A stretch of DNA of 64,000 nucleotides, taken from Tubulanus polymorphus (taxonomy: Eukaryota; Animalia; Nemertea). The stretch lies in NCBI RefSeq assembly GCF_964204645.1, contig NC_134032.1, forward strand, positions 9,288,275 to 9,352,274, in the 5' to 3' direction. The notes under the pieces were generated by a model. It did no database searches, was not told the DNA's origin, and worked only from the letters and a program-made list of their open reading frames with translations. Positions 49,078-63,505 of the stretch are shown here, piece by piece. Each line of letters begins with the position of its first letter. The first letter of the stretch is position 1. A program made the translations under genes and the position numbers.

Positions 49078-52000
49078 ATGCACGGATTAACGAAATCGTT
49101 ACTGCATAAGGTATGACCATTGATTAATTAATGATCAGAATGACTAATTCGGTTATGTTTGAAGCTGTTTGCCGGTTTTACAAAATGTAATCAACCCTGA
49201 TTGATTAGGGTCGTATTACACTTTGTTAAACTGCGCCCTGTTGATTATTAACGCTTTAATTAGTGAGAGCCAGCTTCAGAATTCTTGATGGACGATCCGT
49301 ATAGTTTAACTTAACTCACAAGGACATTGGATCTTCTTGAAAGAAAAAGATCTCTAGATTCCAACCAAAGTAAATTAAAAAATCGTAACGATTCTATACC
49401 TAAAATTCCTGGCTGTGTAGGCATATATAGCTTACAATGCATGGGAGATAAATGAAGAAATCCCACACTTCGAATTTAAAATTATACGATCAAATTTATT
49501 ATTATAAAACCACAACGTTTCGGCTGTTGACTAACAGCCATCATCAGGTGGAATGACCAGAAAAACAATTAACAAAGCATATATGCACACGGATTATAGT
49601 GTTTATTCGACAACTAATGCATGGGAGCTTACTCCGGGCTCGAACCAGATGTTTTGGGGTTCCTCCCTGCTAGATTCACCCCACGAGCAATCAGGTTGAG
49701 TAGATGATTGCTCGAAGATTCACCAGTGCAACGGACATCCAAAATCACTAATACATATTTATTGTTCTCCTTAGCGATTTACAAAAAAAACAACTATCGT
49801 CAAAAGTGCTTTGGGGTATAAATGAAAATTGATCATATTTTGAATGTAAACCCCGAAAGCGTTATTTTAATGTAATGAAGGCGAACGTTTACACATATAA
49901 TACTACATATACTATAATAGCCTATTATTTATTAAACGAATATGTAGATAAAATCGATAAGATTGAATGTTGAAGTCCGCGTTGCTGGTGGTCTAAAAAC
50001 CTCGCTATAACAATTCGGCCCCTCCAACAGTGTTGTTAGTTAAACTCTTTCAAATTTAGGCCTTACTTTATTATAGTGTAAGTGGACCCATACGTGTTAG
50101 TTTTATCAAATATCAAAATATTCGTCAATTTAGGCCTATTTCCAATGTCCCCAGATGACCTCAAATTGATAATAGCCATACTGGAGGTAAATATTATTTA
50201 AACGATATACTACCTATGTGAACAAGATATACACGATGTACTTTACAGTCTGCTTTGGGTCAAGGCCAACGCCTCAATATTTCCATATTTTCTACTACGA
50301 TATGTCGATATGTACGATATTTCGTTACCATGGAAACCGATATCGCGCTCATGGGTGGTATCGTCGTCATGAACAGCCTTTAACTTTCAAAAAATTGACG
50401 AAAAGCCAAATTCGTAATCGTTTCTGCAGCCTGGTGGACCTCGAGGCTTCATACGTTCCAGAACTACACCTGCAGCGAAATAAAACATGACATGTGTATA
50501 CATAGACATCTTATCTGTCAGTAAACTTTCAAAAACCGATCGTTTTCAGCATCCAGGCTTCACTAGCGTTCAGCACCTGCACGCGACAAACACAGGCATT
50601 GTACATCAGCAAACTTTCAAAAACTGATCCAGGGGCGGATCTATGAATACGTGGCAGGTGGGGTCCAGAAAGAAAGACAAGGCATCGTTATATTCGGAAT
50701 AAGCAGCCACGCCTGAAGGCCACAAGCAAGTCCCGCACTCGGTGTTTTAGATATTTTTTGAAGAAACACATTAAAAAGATGCAATTTCCGATACGATGAG
50801 TGTCAAATTTGCAGGTTTTAATGATCTCTGTCTTGACGAAAAGAGCAACCTTGATGAGAAGGCAGGGGTCTGGAACCCGACCACTCCTTCCTTAAAAATT
50901 TTCCCGGCCTGTGATCGTCCATACTTCACGTAGCCTATACTAGTCAAATCATCACCTCAGATATGAAAATGAACACCAGACAAAAGACATTTTTATCGGG
51001 ACTCTTTCAAAAATTTATTGCCCACATTTCACATTGTGTTCAGAATTTCACCCAAGATATTCTTAAATGAAAGTCAGACATTACACATTTTCACCAGCAC
51101 ACTCGCCTGATCAGGTTCGAACCGTTTTTTTCCACAACGCACAAATTCCATGTTCCCACCCGCCAAACGCAACAGATGTTTTGCAACGCAAATCTACTTG
51201 AACCGCCAACAACAACGAGCATAGGGTCTCAAATTTCTGCATATCCCCATATTTACGACAGTCGGTATAGAGCGGTTTTACACCACATTTCAGTACGGAA
51301 TTATCAGCGTGCCAAACCCTGTCGGACAATGATGTCTGGAAGAACTGATTTCAAAATTGATGTCGGGGTTTGTAAGCTTTCGACATGAAGAATTGACATT
51401 AGAGAAAAAGAAATTCTATGGAACGAAAGTGCGCACGGGCCGAGTTTACATCGGAACTGGGTCATGATGCGACAATACGACTGTGTGAAAGATTTCTGTT
51501 TTTATTGTCTCGTCTTATAACCGGTACAACATGTCACAGTCCGTCTGTCCTTCTTTTAAGTACACGCACACTAAACCTATATAAGTAAAACGGTTCAGCG
51601 GCTCTGTCTTTCGTACTAGGAGTCCTGTATAATGACCGCTTTAAAATTGGCCGTTAACTGTAGACCATCCCACGCCTTGTCTATACTGACATTTCACAAA
51701 CCTGTTACGACAAGTTAAGAAATGCACGTATTTTCATTAATAATATCTGGTTAGGAATTGTTAACGTATAATTTCCCAATAATTTGACCTCGATATATGC
51801 GGTAAAGAGTTATCTTGGACCCAACGCAAAAAAGTTTAAGCATGCAGAATCTGTCTGATAGCCAACCCTTAAAAATCTGTCGTCCATACCCCTATTCCCC
51901 ACATACAATGAATCCACAATTAATCGATTACCTGACCCTGGAAACGTGAGGTATAAATTTTACACGGGTATGCATGGGGAATCGGATAGCCCACAGACCC

Positions 52001-53129
52001 TGCCTGTGGGATATACAGACAACATATTAATTCCTGTAATGCATATAACCCGGAACAAATTCTGAACCTTTCGCAACTTATAATTACTTTTATAGGAAGT
52101 GTTTCAATTTTCGTTTGATCCAAAATATTCAATTTACGTTCTTCTCCACTATATTTTCAGGGCATCAATTACGGTTTACAGCAGGTGAGGCTGATATCCA
52201 CCAATGACGTCACGCGAACGAAACTGAACGATTGGCTAGAATTCACCACCCCTAAAGACGCAGACGAATCGGACAAGCGCCCCCTGGCGATCATTTATAA
52301 ATGGCTACGCGCCAGGCCTAAAGACGTGTGGAAGTACGAGGAATTATATCTGGACCGCGGTTTCGACGTATTGACCACAGGTATAGCCGTCAAGGAACTA
52401 TTTCACCGCCCGGCCGTGCTTCAACGTAACGATGCGGTCATCAGAACCATCAACTCACCCTTGTTGAAAGACCGCCCGATCCTGGTTCACTCGTTCTCCG
52501 TCGGCGGTTATGTGGTCACCGAACTGCGCGTCAGGGCCCGAGAAGACCCCGAAATGGCGGCCAACTTCAGTCCGCGTCTGATGGCCCACATCTACGACAG
52601 TTTCATCGACTACAACGGCGCGTACTACGGACTTTCGCGCACTATTTTCGGACACACAAAAGCGGCCTCGATGCTGGAAGCGTCGTTGAACGTACTGGAC
52701 AAAATTGTGGGCAAGAATCCGAAATCGATGGCGTACGCTTTTAAAAAGACGACCGAGGTATTTCATTCGGATCCGCACCGTGCTCCGGCGCTTTTGTACT
52801 TCTCGGGCGCCGACTTGCTGGGCGCGCCCAAATGGAGCGAAATCGCGGCCCATGATTGGGGTAAATTGGGTATGACTGTGCACACTAAAGGTTGGCAGGA
52901 CTCGGCTCACGTCGGGCACCTGCGCAAACACCGCGAAGAATACGTGCACACGCTGGACCGGTTCTTGGCCGTGTTGCCGCAGTCCGACCAGCTGAAGATC
53001 AGAAAATCTCCCGCCGACGAGATTCTGCGCGATTCCGTCGACGCTGAACACAAGCGTGCGCACGGATCGGTGACGTCGTCGCCGTCTGCGCAGCCGGCGC
53101 GCGTCGCTGCTTTACAGGAGTCGGGTTAA
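49078..53129 (+). CDS. TMEM53/DUF829-family alpha/beta-hydrolase-fold protein, paralog 1; exons 49078-49110 (tentative), 52161-53129
   Basis: RPLAIIYKWL.A..KDVWKYEELY, HSFSVGG, IYDS, LYFSGAD, WQDSAHVGHLRKHREEY. A short first exon MHGLTKSLLHK|GTATGA splices in phase 0 to the acceptor at 52160. Confidence 0.85.
49510..49551 (-). ncRNA. Minimal type I hammerhead ribozyme in a Penelope-like mini-insertion (49448-49615)
   Basis: CCAC-CUGAUGA-U-GGCUGUU-AGUC-AACAGCC-GAAAC-GUU-GUGG: intact core, 7-bp stem II, palindromic ACGU stem III, 4-bp stem I. Flanked by a 12-bp direct repeat AATGCATGGGAG. Confidence 0.8.
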
Positions 53130-56100
53130 AGCCCTCGATATACTTCGCGCGATAGCAAGGCCGCGCGGGGACCGGTCGCCGTGACAAAGATTGAAATCGA
53201 AATTTTCGTTTACAAAATTTTTACCAGGGTAGTCCTAGGCGTTTTCTAAGATATTTATTAGCGTTAAAAAATCTTTAAACTGGTTTAATCAAAACATGGA
53301 TTAGAGATTGTTATTTGTTTTACTGGCTATAGAACCTTCAACCGAATGGGCATTCAGGTTCGCTAGGCTAAGTAAGTTTTAAATCCACGTTTTCATTGCT
53401 ATACATATCAGACTAGTGTGTAGCAATGCTGTTATCTATATATTTGAATTCTAGTTATCAAAAAATAGATTCAATAGACTCAAACCGTAGGAAAAAGAGT
53501 ATATATTTACGTTACCATTATCATCACAGAAACAGAAAATATGAACACTAACATGATTACGATTACGACTACAATCTTTGAGCGACCGCGACCCCTGGCA
53601 TGCTATCGCTGAACCCCTGTCAGAAATTACGTTGTGGCAATGTAAAATGTCCGCGCGACATTGACGCGGAACTAGGTCAAGGTCAAGGTCACCCTCAGGT
53701 GAATGACGTACTGTCACTGGTGTAAGTACAGTACTGAAGCCGCCTTGACCTATTCCTAAAATTAAAACCCGCTTTCAGATTTTTAAGCCAAACCAGGCGT
53801 TTATATGTTTATTAGTACCGTACATGTATTACATATTGAGTATATTTTCCGATAAATAGAGATCAGATATTGTTTATATATACATATATTTTAAGTCAAC
53901 GAAGCATCCGGTTATATTACGAGTTCTTGGTGTGAATCTATTTTCCGCCCCTTCAGCAAAACTCCACGCGGGAAGTCTGCCAGTCGAATTGGATGAAACC
54001 ACGAGGGGTCCCAGCTCCACAGTGTTCTCGGCGGTTGAAATTCGACCGACTGAACCCACGACTCGAGAATAGATTCTGTCCGACAAACGGGTCTTAGTGC
54101 TTAAATGAATTTTCGAGTTGTAAACTCTGACGCTTCATCCGATAACTGTGGAAATGGGTCGAGTATTTCATATGAATATGGTTCAATGAAGTATCCGTTA
54201 CATATGCGTACTGTGTAATGACTAGAACGGATACATTACAGAATAATGAAATGTTATATACCCGAAAGATTTATCAATCCACCATTTTGAATTTGTTTTT
54301 TTTGGGCGGGGGGGGGCATGGAGGTGTCACTGTCCTTCAACTATCATTAAATCAAGCCAATTTTGAGAATCAGTCTTACTTATTCTGTTGGGGATGAAAT
54401 AGAAACAAGTATATACATTACGTACTAAATTGGCAAAAATAGCGAAAATCAAGTACTAGCAAAGTTTCCATTACATGTTTTTAGATGATTTTTGAAATGG
54501 CTCAGCTATTGTCATGTAAACTGTATTTACAAAACCGGCTCTTCTAGCGTACCGGCAACTATTTAGACTTATGACTTTTTCGAATGTTATGTATGAATAT
54601 ATATATATATATATATTTAGATATTTTTTTTGTAAAACTACGGTCAGGGAAAAAAACCGTCTAGATGTGGGGGGGAATTGAAAGCCTTGCTACTTCAGCA
54701 GCCACAATGTCATACACTTTACATTGAATGCTGCCCCATAAAAATTCAAGAATATGGAGAACACTGAAATATATGATTAATAGATATATCAATAATCTAG
54801 AAGCCGAGTTAATTTCGTTATTGGTTTAGAAAATAAGACGGGTTGATCAACGATTCAGCTTTAACTGTTGTGAAATCCTGGACCCGTTCCATTGTGGTTA
54901 TTGGTGTTTAAATTTGTAGCTCATTTCCAAATTCAACTCAAAATCGTGCGTAATGTGGAACTGGATCCTGAGTTGCATATTCAGTCATCTACCCGCCGAG
55001 GTGTATATTGCTAAGGTCCGTTTTCTTTCGAAAAGTTCGTATATATGTATTTTCCGGTGACGTTTAAAATTGTAATGTTATTCAACCTACAGCCATACTT
55101 AATATGTGCGTGTATTTGTGTATTTTCCATCCAATAAAAATGGACCTTTTGTTGTTATATTCAAATTCCTGATTAGTTTTTCGTAATTTTCGTCCTCTGG
55201 TCAAGTCCATACATCTCCCCAGAGAGGCCCTATCTCGTGATACCATCGGGTTCGAATCGTTATGAAAAGGCACGCGGTGGCGTAGTACGATTGTGATCCG
55301 TTAGATGGCAGAATGGTGTGCGAGCTGTGAAACGACGGCTTAGATACGTGCCGAAAAGACAGTGATCTATACAACCATGGACTCCAAGATAAATTTAAAG
55401 TCCACGAAACTACATTTCCTTCAGTTGTTAAACAACGCCAGGAGACAATGCATTTCGGTATCAACTACCGAGTCTATTTACCATCTCAGGCTGGAATTTT
55501 GCCTGTCTGGACTTTGTCTTGACTTAACGCGCGTACCAATTTTACCCGGGGTCCGAACTAAACTATACCGATCGAGACACGACATTACAGTTAAAGTCAT
55601 TTATAATGCAGCCGTTGGGACTAAAAATGGCTATATAACGAATTTGGTGCTATAACGAACGACATTTTCATTGAGTTTGAGTTGGATTAGGCAAATCGTT
55701 TCTATGAAAAATGTTAGCGCAGTAGCAAAGGATGGCGTTACAACGAGCTTTGACTGTACATTATGAAAATACCCAACGTGTATGTTTTTTATGCCCAACA
55801 AGTAAAGTGTGTCAATAAGCTGAAGTGGATGATGAGTGATGACTTGCGCATATCATTGTGCCGAGAGCGCAAACTCTTCAAAATTGAATTGAATCAGGCG
55901 TGCACATGCGAATAATCGAAATCCAGATCAGTTGTCATGTAAATAGATATCTAGTGGTTAGTCAAACTGGGAACCAGAATCCATAATTTCTTCGAAGTAG
56001 TGCCATCGTATATACCGTGAAGGCCGCCGCGCGAATTGTAGTGAGGAGACGAACGCCGCACATCTGTCGAGATTTTCAAAAACAAGACGCGCACAGCAGT

Positions 56101-56315
56101 CGCCATAGCGCACTAAGAATCAATAATGTAAATTACCCGTACGCAGCTCCGGCGTGCTGTAGTATACACTAAACAGCATTGGCTGCGACACAGACAGAGC
56201 ACTGAGAGCATCGCTGCGCAGTGTGACAGACTATCAAACGGGTCTATATACATTCTACCAGACGAAATCGCAGAAATTGACCGGCGCTATATTGCTACCA
56301 CCCCGACCGGCTAAC

Positions 56316-58433
56316 ATGAGGGGGTTGGTCAGATTATCGTTCAAGAATCTCCTAAGATCGGCGCATCAACAAAAACAGGTACATTTTTACAATTTTCTTC
56401 TGACACTCTATGCCGCGAATATTCCCTCTTACTCAGAGGGGTGAATAGCATACAGTTTGCTTTGTCGAGTTCTACGGCTTTGTTAATGAACGTGCGGCCG
56501 GCGTAAATTTATGCGGATTGTTTTATTTCCGGCGTCTGACTCGCATCTGGGCGTCGGCGCAGCCGGTTCGAAACGGGAGGAAAATGGAAAAGCCAGCGCA
56601 GTGCCTGGAGCTGAGAAAAATACTTCCTGGAACCGCAAGAGCAGTGTTGTTACGTCTGGCATCAAATGGCGGGGCTAGCGGATACTCGAGAATGACGTAC
56701 GATTTTCTAATCAGCGAATGAGAATTCCGTAATCTGCGCTATGAGACGTGCACTGCCACAACTAACTAGCAAACTCTCCTCTGGCAGTTTTTTTTTTCCG
56801 CAAACAAATCAATCTATTTCAAACTAATCCTTTCGACCAGTGAATAATTACGGTTACCAGACGACCAATCAATCATTAGACTAACCAGAATATCTTCCAT
56901 CTCGGTGATTTAAACAGACGCGCCAAATACCCATACACAATCCGGATTTTCCGGTATTCGTCGGAAATTGCAATTGCAAATCAATTCAATGGAAATCTGC
57001 AGTGCCACCTGGTGGGTGATTTTCGGAAATAACTTAGGTCGTCACAAAAACTTACGTCGTCACAAAAAATACGTCGTCGTAAAAACTTATGTCGTTGCAA
57101 ATGCATTAAAGTATTACGTCGCTGTAGAAATATAAATTCTTATGTTAGGACGCTATTACGTTGCATAAAAACATATGTCGGTGCAGCGCTCATATTCTTT
57201 TTTCATTTATCGCGTTCCATACATGACTGCATTCCATTGACAAGATCGTCCGAAACTCAGGCTACACATTCCTAAAACCTGCCGTCAATTCTCCATGATG
57301 ATATTAGGTGCACATGTTCTTGCATGCAAGATGAGTGTCCCAATTCTGAGAGCAGATTACTTTAAAATTTCACAATCTTTGGAAAATGAACTTATCTGAC
57401 TCAGTCAGATCTAACAAAAACAAAGGCGACAGGCTCGATCATGCGACGACTTAAACGCTTAAGGTCATGCGGTCTGAAAACTGATTAATCTTTTTTTCAC
57501 TTTCAGGGTACACTAAGTCATCACAATCTGCTCATACAATCAATCAGAGCTTTCTCCGTGAATGACGTCACTTCGACAAGGATCAACGATTGGTTAGTAC
57601 TGAAAGAAGCTAAAAACGTCGAACCGAGTGAACGACACAAACGCCCCCTGGCAATAATCTATAAATGGCTACGTGCCAGACCTAAAGATGTCTGGAAGTA
57701 CGAGGAATTGTACTTAGATCGCGGCTTTGACGTGTTGACCACGGGTATAGCTATCAAAGAACTGCTCTATCGACCTTCGGTCATCAAGAGGACGGACGAC
57801 ATTATAGAGGCCGTGAACCGACCGTCGCTTAGCAGCCGCAAAATCCTTATTCATTCGCTGTCGATTGGCGGTTATTTGGTTGGCGAATTACGCTATCGTC
57901 TGCTCGGTAACCCTACGCGCGCGGCAGAAGTCGGCGAGCGTATCATTGCGCATGTCAGCGATAGTTTCATCGACTATAAAGGCGGTTATTACGGACTGTC
58001 GCGGACCGTTTTCGGTCAGTCGAAGGCGGCCCTGGTGATGGAGGCGGCGTTGAACGCGGCTGACGAATATCTCGGCAAATATCCGAATTCGTTCGTGTAC
58101 GCTTTCAAGGAAATCACCGAAGTTCTCCACAAAGATCCCATACGCGCGCCTTCTCTGTTGTACTTCTCGAATGCTGATTTGCTGGGCGCGCCGAAATGGA
58201 GCGAAGAAGTGGCCCGCGATTGGGGCAAATTGGGCATGACGGTGCACACGAAAGGTTGGCAGGACTCGCAGCACGTCGGGCACCTGCGCAAACATCGCGA
58301 AGAGTATATCCACACTTTGGACCGGTTCCTGGCAGATATAGGGGTTCTGCCGCGTCAATTCGAGGACGGAGGAATACTCGCGGGGGATGCGGTTGCTACG
58401 ATACCGGAGAAAATTAAATCGCGCGCAGTTTAA
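56316..58433 (+). CDS. TMEM53/DUF829-family protein, paralog 2; exons 56316-56378, 57507-58433
   Basis: Same motifs as paralog 1 (HSLSIGG, YFSNAD, SQHVGHLRKH). First exon MRGLVRLSFKNLLRSAHQQKQ|GT is in phase 0. Confidence 0.87.
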
Positions 58434-60291
58434 CAATTATTTTCATTAAGATATTCGAATTTGATTGTATTCATTCCGAATTCGACGACCGCGGCAAATA
58501 TATTATACCTAGGCTCATTTGGGGGATAGTCATGTATGTATGCAACGATCTCTGATTGGACAATATCTGAGACTATTTGAAGCGAACCAACCAATGAGGA
58601 CAACACTTCGAAAACGTTCGAAGCGGCGAGTTACTTCCGGTTCACTATATAGCTATATTATAGGAAAAAAACATTTGACATTCTGTAACGCTCTGATTGG
58701 TCAATATATTAGGGATGTTCGGCAAAAACCACAATCAGAAGTGGAAAATTTATAAATTGGTGGGCATTTGAATGCATTTCTCCGAAAACGTATATATAAT
58801 TTCGTAAGATCTGTGTAAGCTTTCACATATCTGTATATGATACCTTCTTCATGATCTGTCTATTATTATACATCGGGGCCCGCGGTTTCATAAAAACTGT
58901 TTAACTTCAAGAACTAAGAAAAGATTTCTATATCTGGCGACGTTACTGTATATGCTTCAAACCCGATTGAGTTTAACTTCTTGTGAAAGCGTGGGCCCTC
59001 GTGAATTGTGATAATAAAATCTAAGTACTATCAAAACTACCGGATTGAGTTATATATGAATATTTTGTGCGCAGGCGTGCGATCGAGGGCACTCCACAGT
59101 TTCCTTCCTTGTCCGCGAGAAACAACGAGATAACTATTTAGCTTCTAGTTGCTTCCTAGTTGAAATGTATATGAGATTCCTACCGTAATTTTCACTGGTG
59201 GCATTTTTTTCGGATGGCATTTTTCCTACATTCAAGCAGCACTTATGATTTAGATTTTGTACATCAGTCGCATTACATATCATTTTGAATGCGACTGTTT
59301 TGTCACACTGATGTCAACAACCCATTGGTTAGATTCCAGTAAACATGATTAGCCTATAATTGACATTACTCGGGAATATAATATTGCTAATGAAGTTAAT
59401 GTAATATACACGGCTATATAGTATAATACACGTGACATACCACTTGCAACGCCGAACAATCCTCGCGACTAAACTACGGGTAATTTTATTCGTGTCCTAC
59501 AAAACTTCCATAAAAGCTGTTCTCGCGTAAATCCATCAATTGATAGACCTAACCCCTATGACATCATAAAATTACGGTGATTTCATGTTTCCGGGAGAAT
59601 TTCGGCATCAATTCACTTTGAGGTAATTCAACGATGTTGTGTACGGCCGATCTTTACGGGAGGGTCCCTCTAAATCAAATATCACTCCCAGTCCAGTGCC
59701 GAAGATTTTTGAAAAATATTGTAATTATTCGCTGTAAAGGGGCACTTTCTTTTTGAAAAAAGGGCAGACCTTAAATATGTAGTGCCCGCTGAATACATCA
59801 TTTGAGAATGGATTACTTTACTTTTCATTTTCCATAATGGAATAAGAAGATTGTGTCCAAATTTCGAAAAAAACTACCGAAATCTTTTGACACTGATTTT
59901 TTGAAAGATTTTAGGGCGTTCATTCGCTATCCCCGAACCTCCCAACCCCCAACCCCCTCGACACGGATTTGACTCCCCCTGAGCAAATTGATGATGTCAT
60001 TTTTGGACGAAATTTTGGACGAAGCTATACGCATGGGTGTGTCAGGTCCCAATAGATAAGGTTTGATTGAGCCTAACAATAGATTACCATGAAATTCTGT
60101 ATCGAATCACCGCAATGTGAAATGGTTATGTTAATATTGGGAAATGTTTGCTTAACTACATCTGTCGCCAAGCGACAAATCATTTCTCTAGGCAGACAGT
60201 TATTTCAGTTTCTACCCGGAGATGAATTTGATCATTTAATTTTTACTATAAATATAACAATTGAAGAAATAAAAAATACAAAATATACGTA

Positions 60292-62321
60292 GACTGCGTT
60301 CACACGACAACTAGTTAGACCCAGGGGCTCGTATCAGCAGAGTTGTAGGTAATATTAAAACGATAATTTGTTAATCTTAGTCTATAGTATATATAAAATA
60401 ACTTATTAACTTGATTATTTTATATACACTATAGACATAGGATTAACGGATTATCGTCTTTACATTACCTACAACTCTGATATGAGCCCCTGTGAGTTAG
60501 ACTGGCCTAAATGGGTCCGTACCTGGTTGGGCCAAAATTTCGACCGGACCAAATTATGGTGAGCGTTCCATACGGCGTTTTGACACGCATTGATAAAATC
60601 GCTTGTCACCGGGCCCACAAGATGTCACCATCTACTAAACTGGGCCTGGGTTGAAGTCTTGCTTCCAGATTCCAAGTACAGCAAGACATTCTTCATTTGA
60701 CCAATTCGATCCTCTGTCAGATTAAGACATTTTTGCGAATTCGATTTTATTCTATCACGCTGAAACAAGTGTCGTTTTAACACGATTTAAAACACGGAAG
60801 TAAAATGGATGATGATCGCGACATACGAATATACGAATATTTGTTACGCTCCAAACATTTCCATGGTATAGGGATGAAAAAACAGTAATTATTACATTAA
60901 CGGTAATAAAAGCATTTAAAACTTAAACTGGACTCTCACCCTACCGCAGAGGTCGCGAAATCTACCGCAGGTATTCAGAATTACGATTTCTGGACCTGGT
61001 AACAGTTTCTGTCCACACATTGATTTAGACCGGTCCAAAATTTGGACCGGACCCGGTTCGCTCTTTTAGACCGTGTCAAATAAGACCGGACGGTCTAAAA
61101 ACTAGGCCGATCTAGTTTGGGACGGTATTTTTGCCCGTGTGAACGCTTGGTCCGGTCTAAATTGGACCGGACCACTGAATTTAGACCGGTCATTCGTCGT
61201 TGGCAGAAGTTTAACTGAACGAAACCGCTCTTAATTCGGGGCCATTTTTGTACACGATTCAACGAATTTCTTGTTTATTCACCGTTGAAAAACCCACCGT
61301 GCCTGCCGAGAATTTAGGACAAGTAAATCGAAAAACAGTAAAACAGATTTCACAAATATACATTTAAGCGTGGAGTATCATACATTCAGCATATAGACGT
61401 CAAAAGGTAATCGATCGAGAGACAAGCAAACCAGAGAGACCCGTCGAAGAAGGAACACCAAAGAGCGACAGCCTGTGCGCATACAAGCTTCTAAGGCATC
61501 CAGTTTCTGGAATATTGCTCAGTATCACAGCTATACCCATTGAGGGGGTGTGGGGGCCTTACGATAGAAAATTATGAAATTTGACTGCCTCCACATTTGA
61601 CAATGATTACTCCGAGGACTGACTGATTACGTCATGTATGTATCTCCCATAATGTACAAGCTGACGTATTAAGGCTTCTACGCTGTATTCATATTTGAAT
61701 GAAAAATTCTAAAACAAAGACTACCGGTATATAAATATGTATATTTCGACGTGACTGCCGGTAAATATTGAGTTTATTCTGCAGCTGTATAAATAGGCCT
61801 CATCTACAGTTAATGATACTTGATATTATATACGCAAACAATAAATGAAAACATTATCAATAAAATGAACCACTGGTAAAACAAAAATTTTATAAAAGTT
61901 TCGATTCACCTTTGGAAAGCTGCGTCAATATAATCGATTTTTTCTCCGAATAAGGATTTCTCTCTACTTACCCGTCGTCGTCTGAGGTCGGTCGGATCTT
62001 GACGCTCGATGCCCCTTAGCCGGACGTTTCAACTATAGATCTTCTGGCCTTGATAAGATAAAAACCCAACGGTATCGTTTCAACTGCTATGGAAATGTCC
62101 TAGAATTTCAGATCGATCTGTCCAGGTATGATAAACTGGAGTCATCAACATTTTACACATGGACTCGTAAAACTGTGGGATAGAATTGTGGGGTAAATAG
62201 TCATGGCAACATCTTCCGGGGCGGCAGTGATAACTATAGCTCTGATTTGACCCGTTCTAAATTTGACACAGGTACGGGCCCATTTAGACCGGTCTAACTA
62301 GAGTGATGGCGTGAATGCACC
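60292..62321. mobile_element. Harbinger-type non-autonomous element with GACCGG subrepeats
   Basis: Left end TGCGTTCACACGACAACTAGTTAGAC...CCTAAATGGGTCCGTACCTG matches, inverted, the right end CAGGTACGGGCCCATTTAGACCGGTCTAACTAG...GTGAATGCACC-TTA. Confidence 0.65.
60322..60492. mobile_element. Palindromic MITE nested in the left TIR of the previous element
   Basis: CAGGGGCTCGTATCAG...CTGATATGAGCCCCTG fold-back; AGTTAGAC is duplicated on both sides. Confidence 0.8.
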
Positions 62322-63188
62322 TTATACGATGACTAGAGGACTGGTGACCCGCATTTAAGGCTTTAGCGAATTGTCAAATGTTTAATGCTCTATTCGCTAA
62401 CAATATCCTATCACGCGGGACAATCATGACTACTAACACATCGACATATATAGACCCGAGATGTGTTAGTCTGGCTGGTTTCAATGAGCCGGAACCGAAA
62501 TTACCAATTTTAGACTTCGATTCTAACAGAAAATTCTGTAAATGCGACCGCCGATCACATAACTATATCCGTCCCTCGATTTCCGATTTCAAAATTAAAC
62601 CACCTGTTTCACACCCTGGCAGGTGTGGTCGGTTGGTAAGGGACACCAAATCATAACAAATCTAACGAAACCTACCGATGAATATCCAATCATTCTCCGA
62701 TGTTGTTTAGCCTACGTATCGTCGAAGCATCATTTCCAAAACAATATCAAGGCGACCATTTCTAAGGCGACTCGATCGTAGACGATTCAAGATGGTGCAG
62801 ACCTAGCAAACCGTACATTCTTGATCGACGAAATGAGAACGAATTGTTTTTTCTTTTTTACAGTAGTCAGTTTTTATTAACAAAATGCATCGTACATAAA
62901 CATCAGCACAAATAAAGCAAAGAATATTTCATTCAATTAATCAATTATTAATTCAATCATTAATAAATAGCCAATAATATTCAATATTTGATACAGGCTT
63001 CGCTACATACACATATATCAGATAATCATATTATAACAATATATTTCTATCGTTTTTTTCATAGTTAATATATTTTTTGTTGATATGACAATAGAAGAGG
63101 TCGAGTGAAGGAGGCTATATCTGTTAACGCAGGCGAGGAAAGGTAGGATTTATACATCTGGGCTGCCACGGGGAAATAAGGTACTGAC

Positions 63189-63270
63189 CTATATAATCCT
63201 CGGACTGGGAACACGCCTTTTAATACACCGAGCAGGATTTTTGCAGTTAAATGCGAAGCCAAAGCCACAA
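63189..63270 (-). CDS. Candidate terminal exon of a small cysteine-containing peptide gene that starts beyond the right edge
   Basis: AG at 63272-63271, then (x)CGFGFAFNCKNPARCIKRRVPSPRII-stop. A minus-strand AATAAA lies near 62873-62878. The acceptor has a weak pyrimidine tract. Confidence 0.3.
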
Positions 63271-63505
63271 CTATTTATTCCCGGGTAAATCCAGTTCCGC
63301 ACAGCTTTTTGTTGCTGGCTCCTATCTCTAGAAACAAATAAACTGGCCCTGCCAAATGCAACAACTCACAACGGATGAATTGGGTCCGAGAGTTACACCG
63401 GCGCAATTGCGGAACTGGATCCAGTCGAACTAAGCTTGCACAATTGTGCAACTGGGTCCGGTCAAATTCAGCTCTCACAACTCCGGAACTGAGTACGAAG
63501 AAGAA

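Noticed and set aside
52455-53063. 202-aa antisense ORF (and the 182-aa ORF at 57888-58436)
   Set aside because: Shadow ORFs opposite GC-rich TMEM53-like coding exons.
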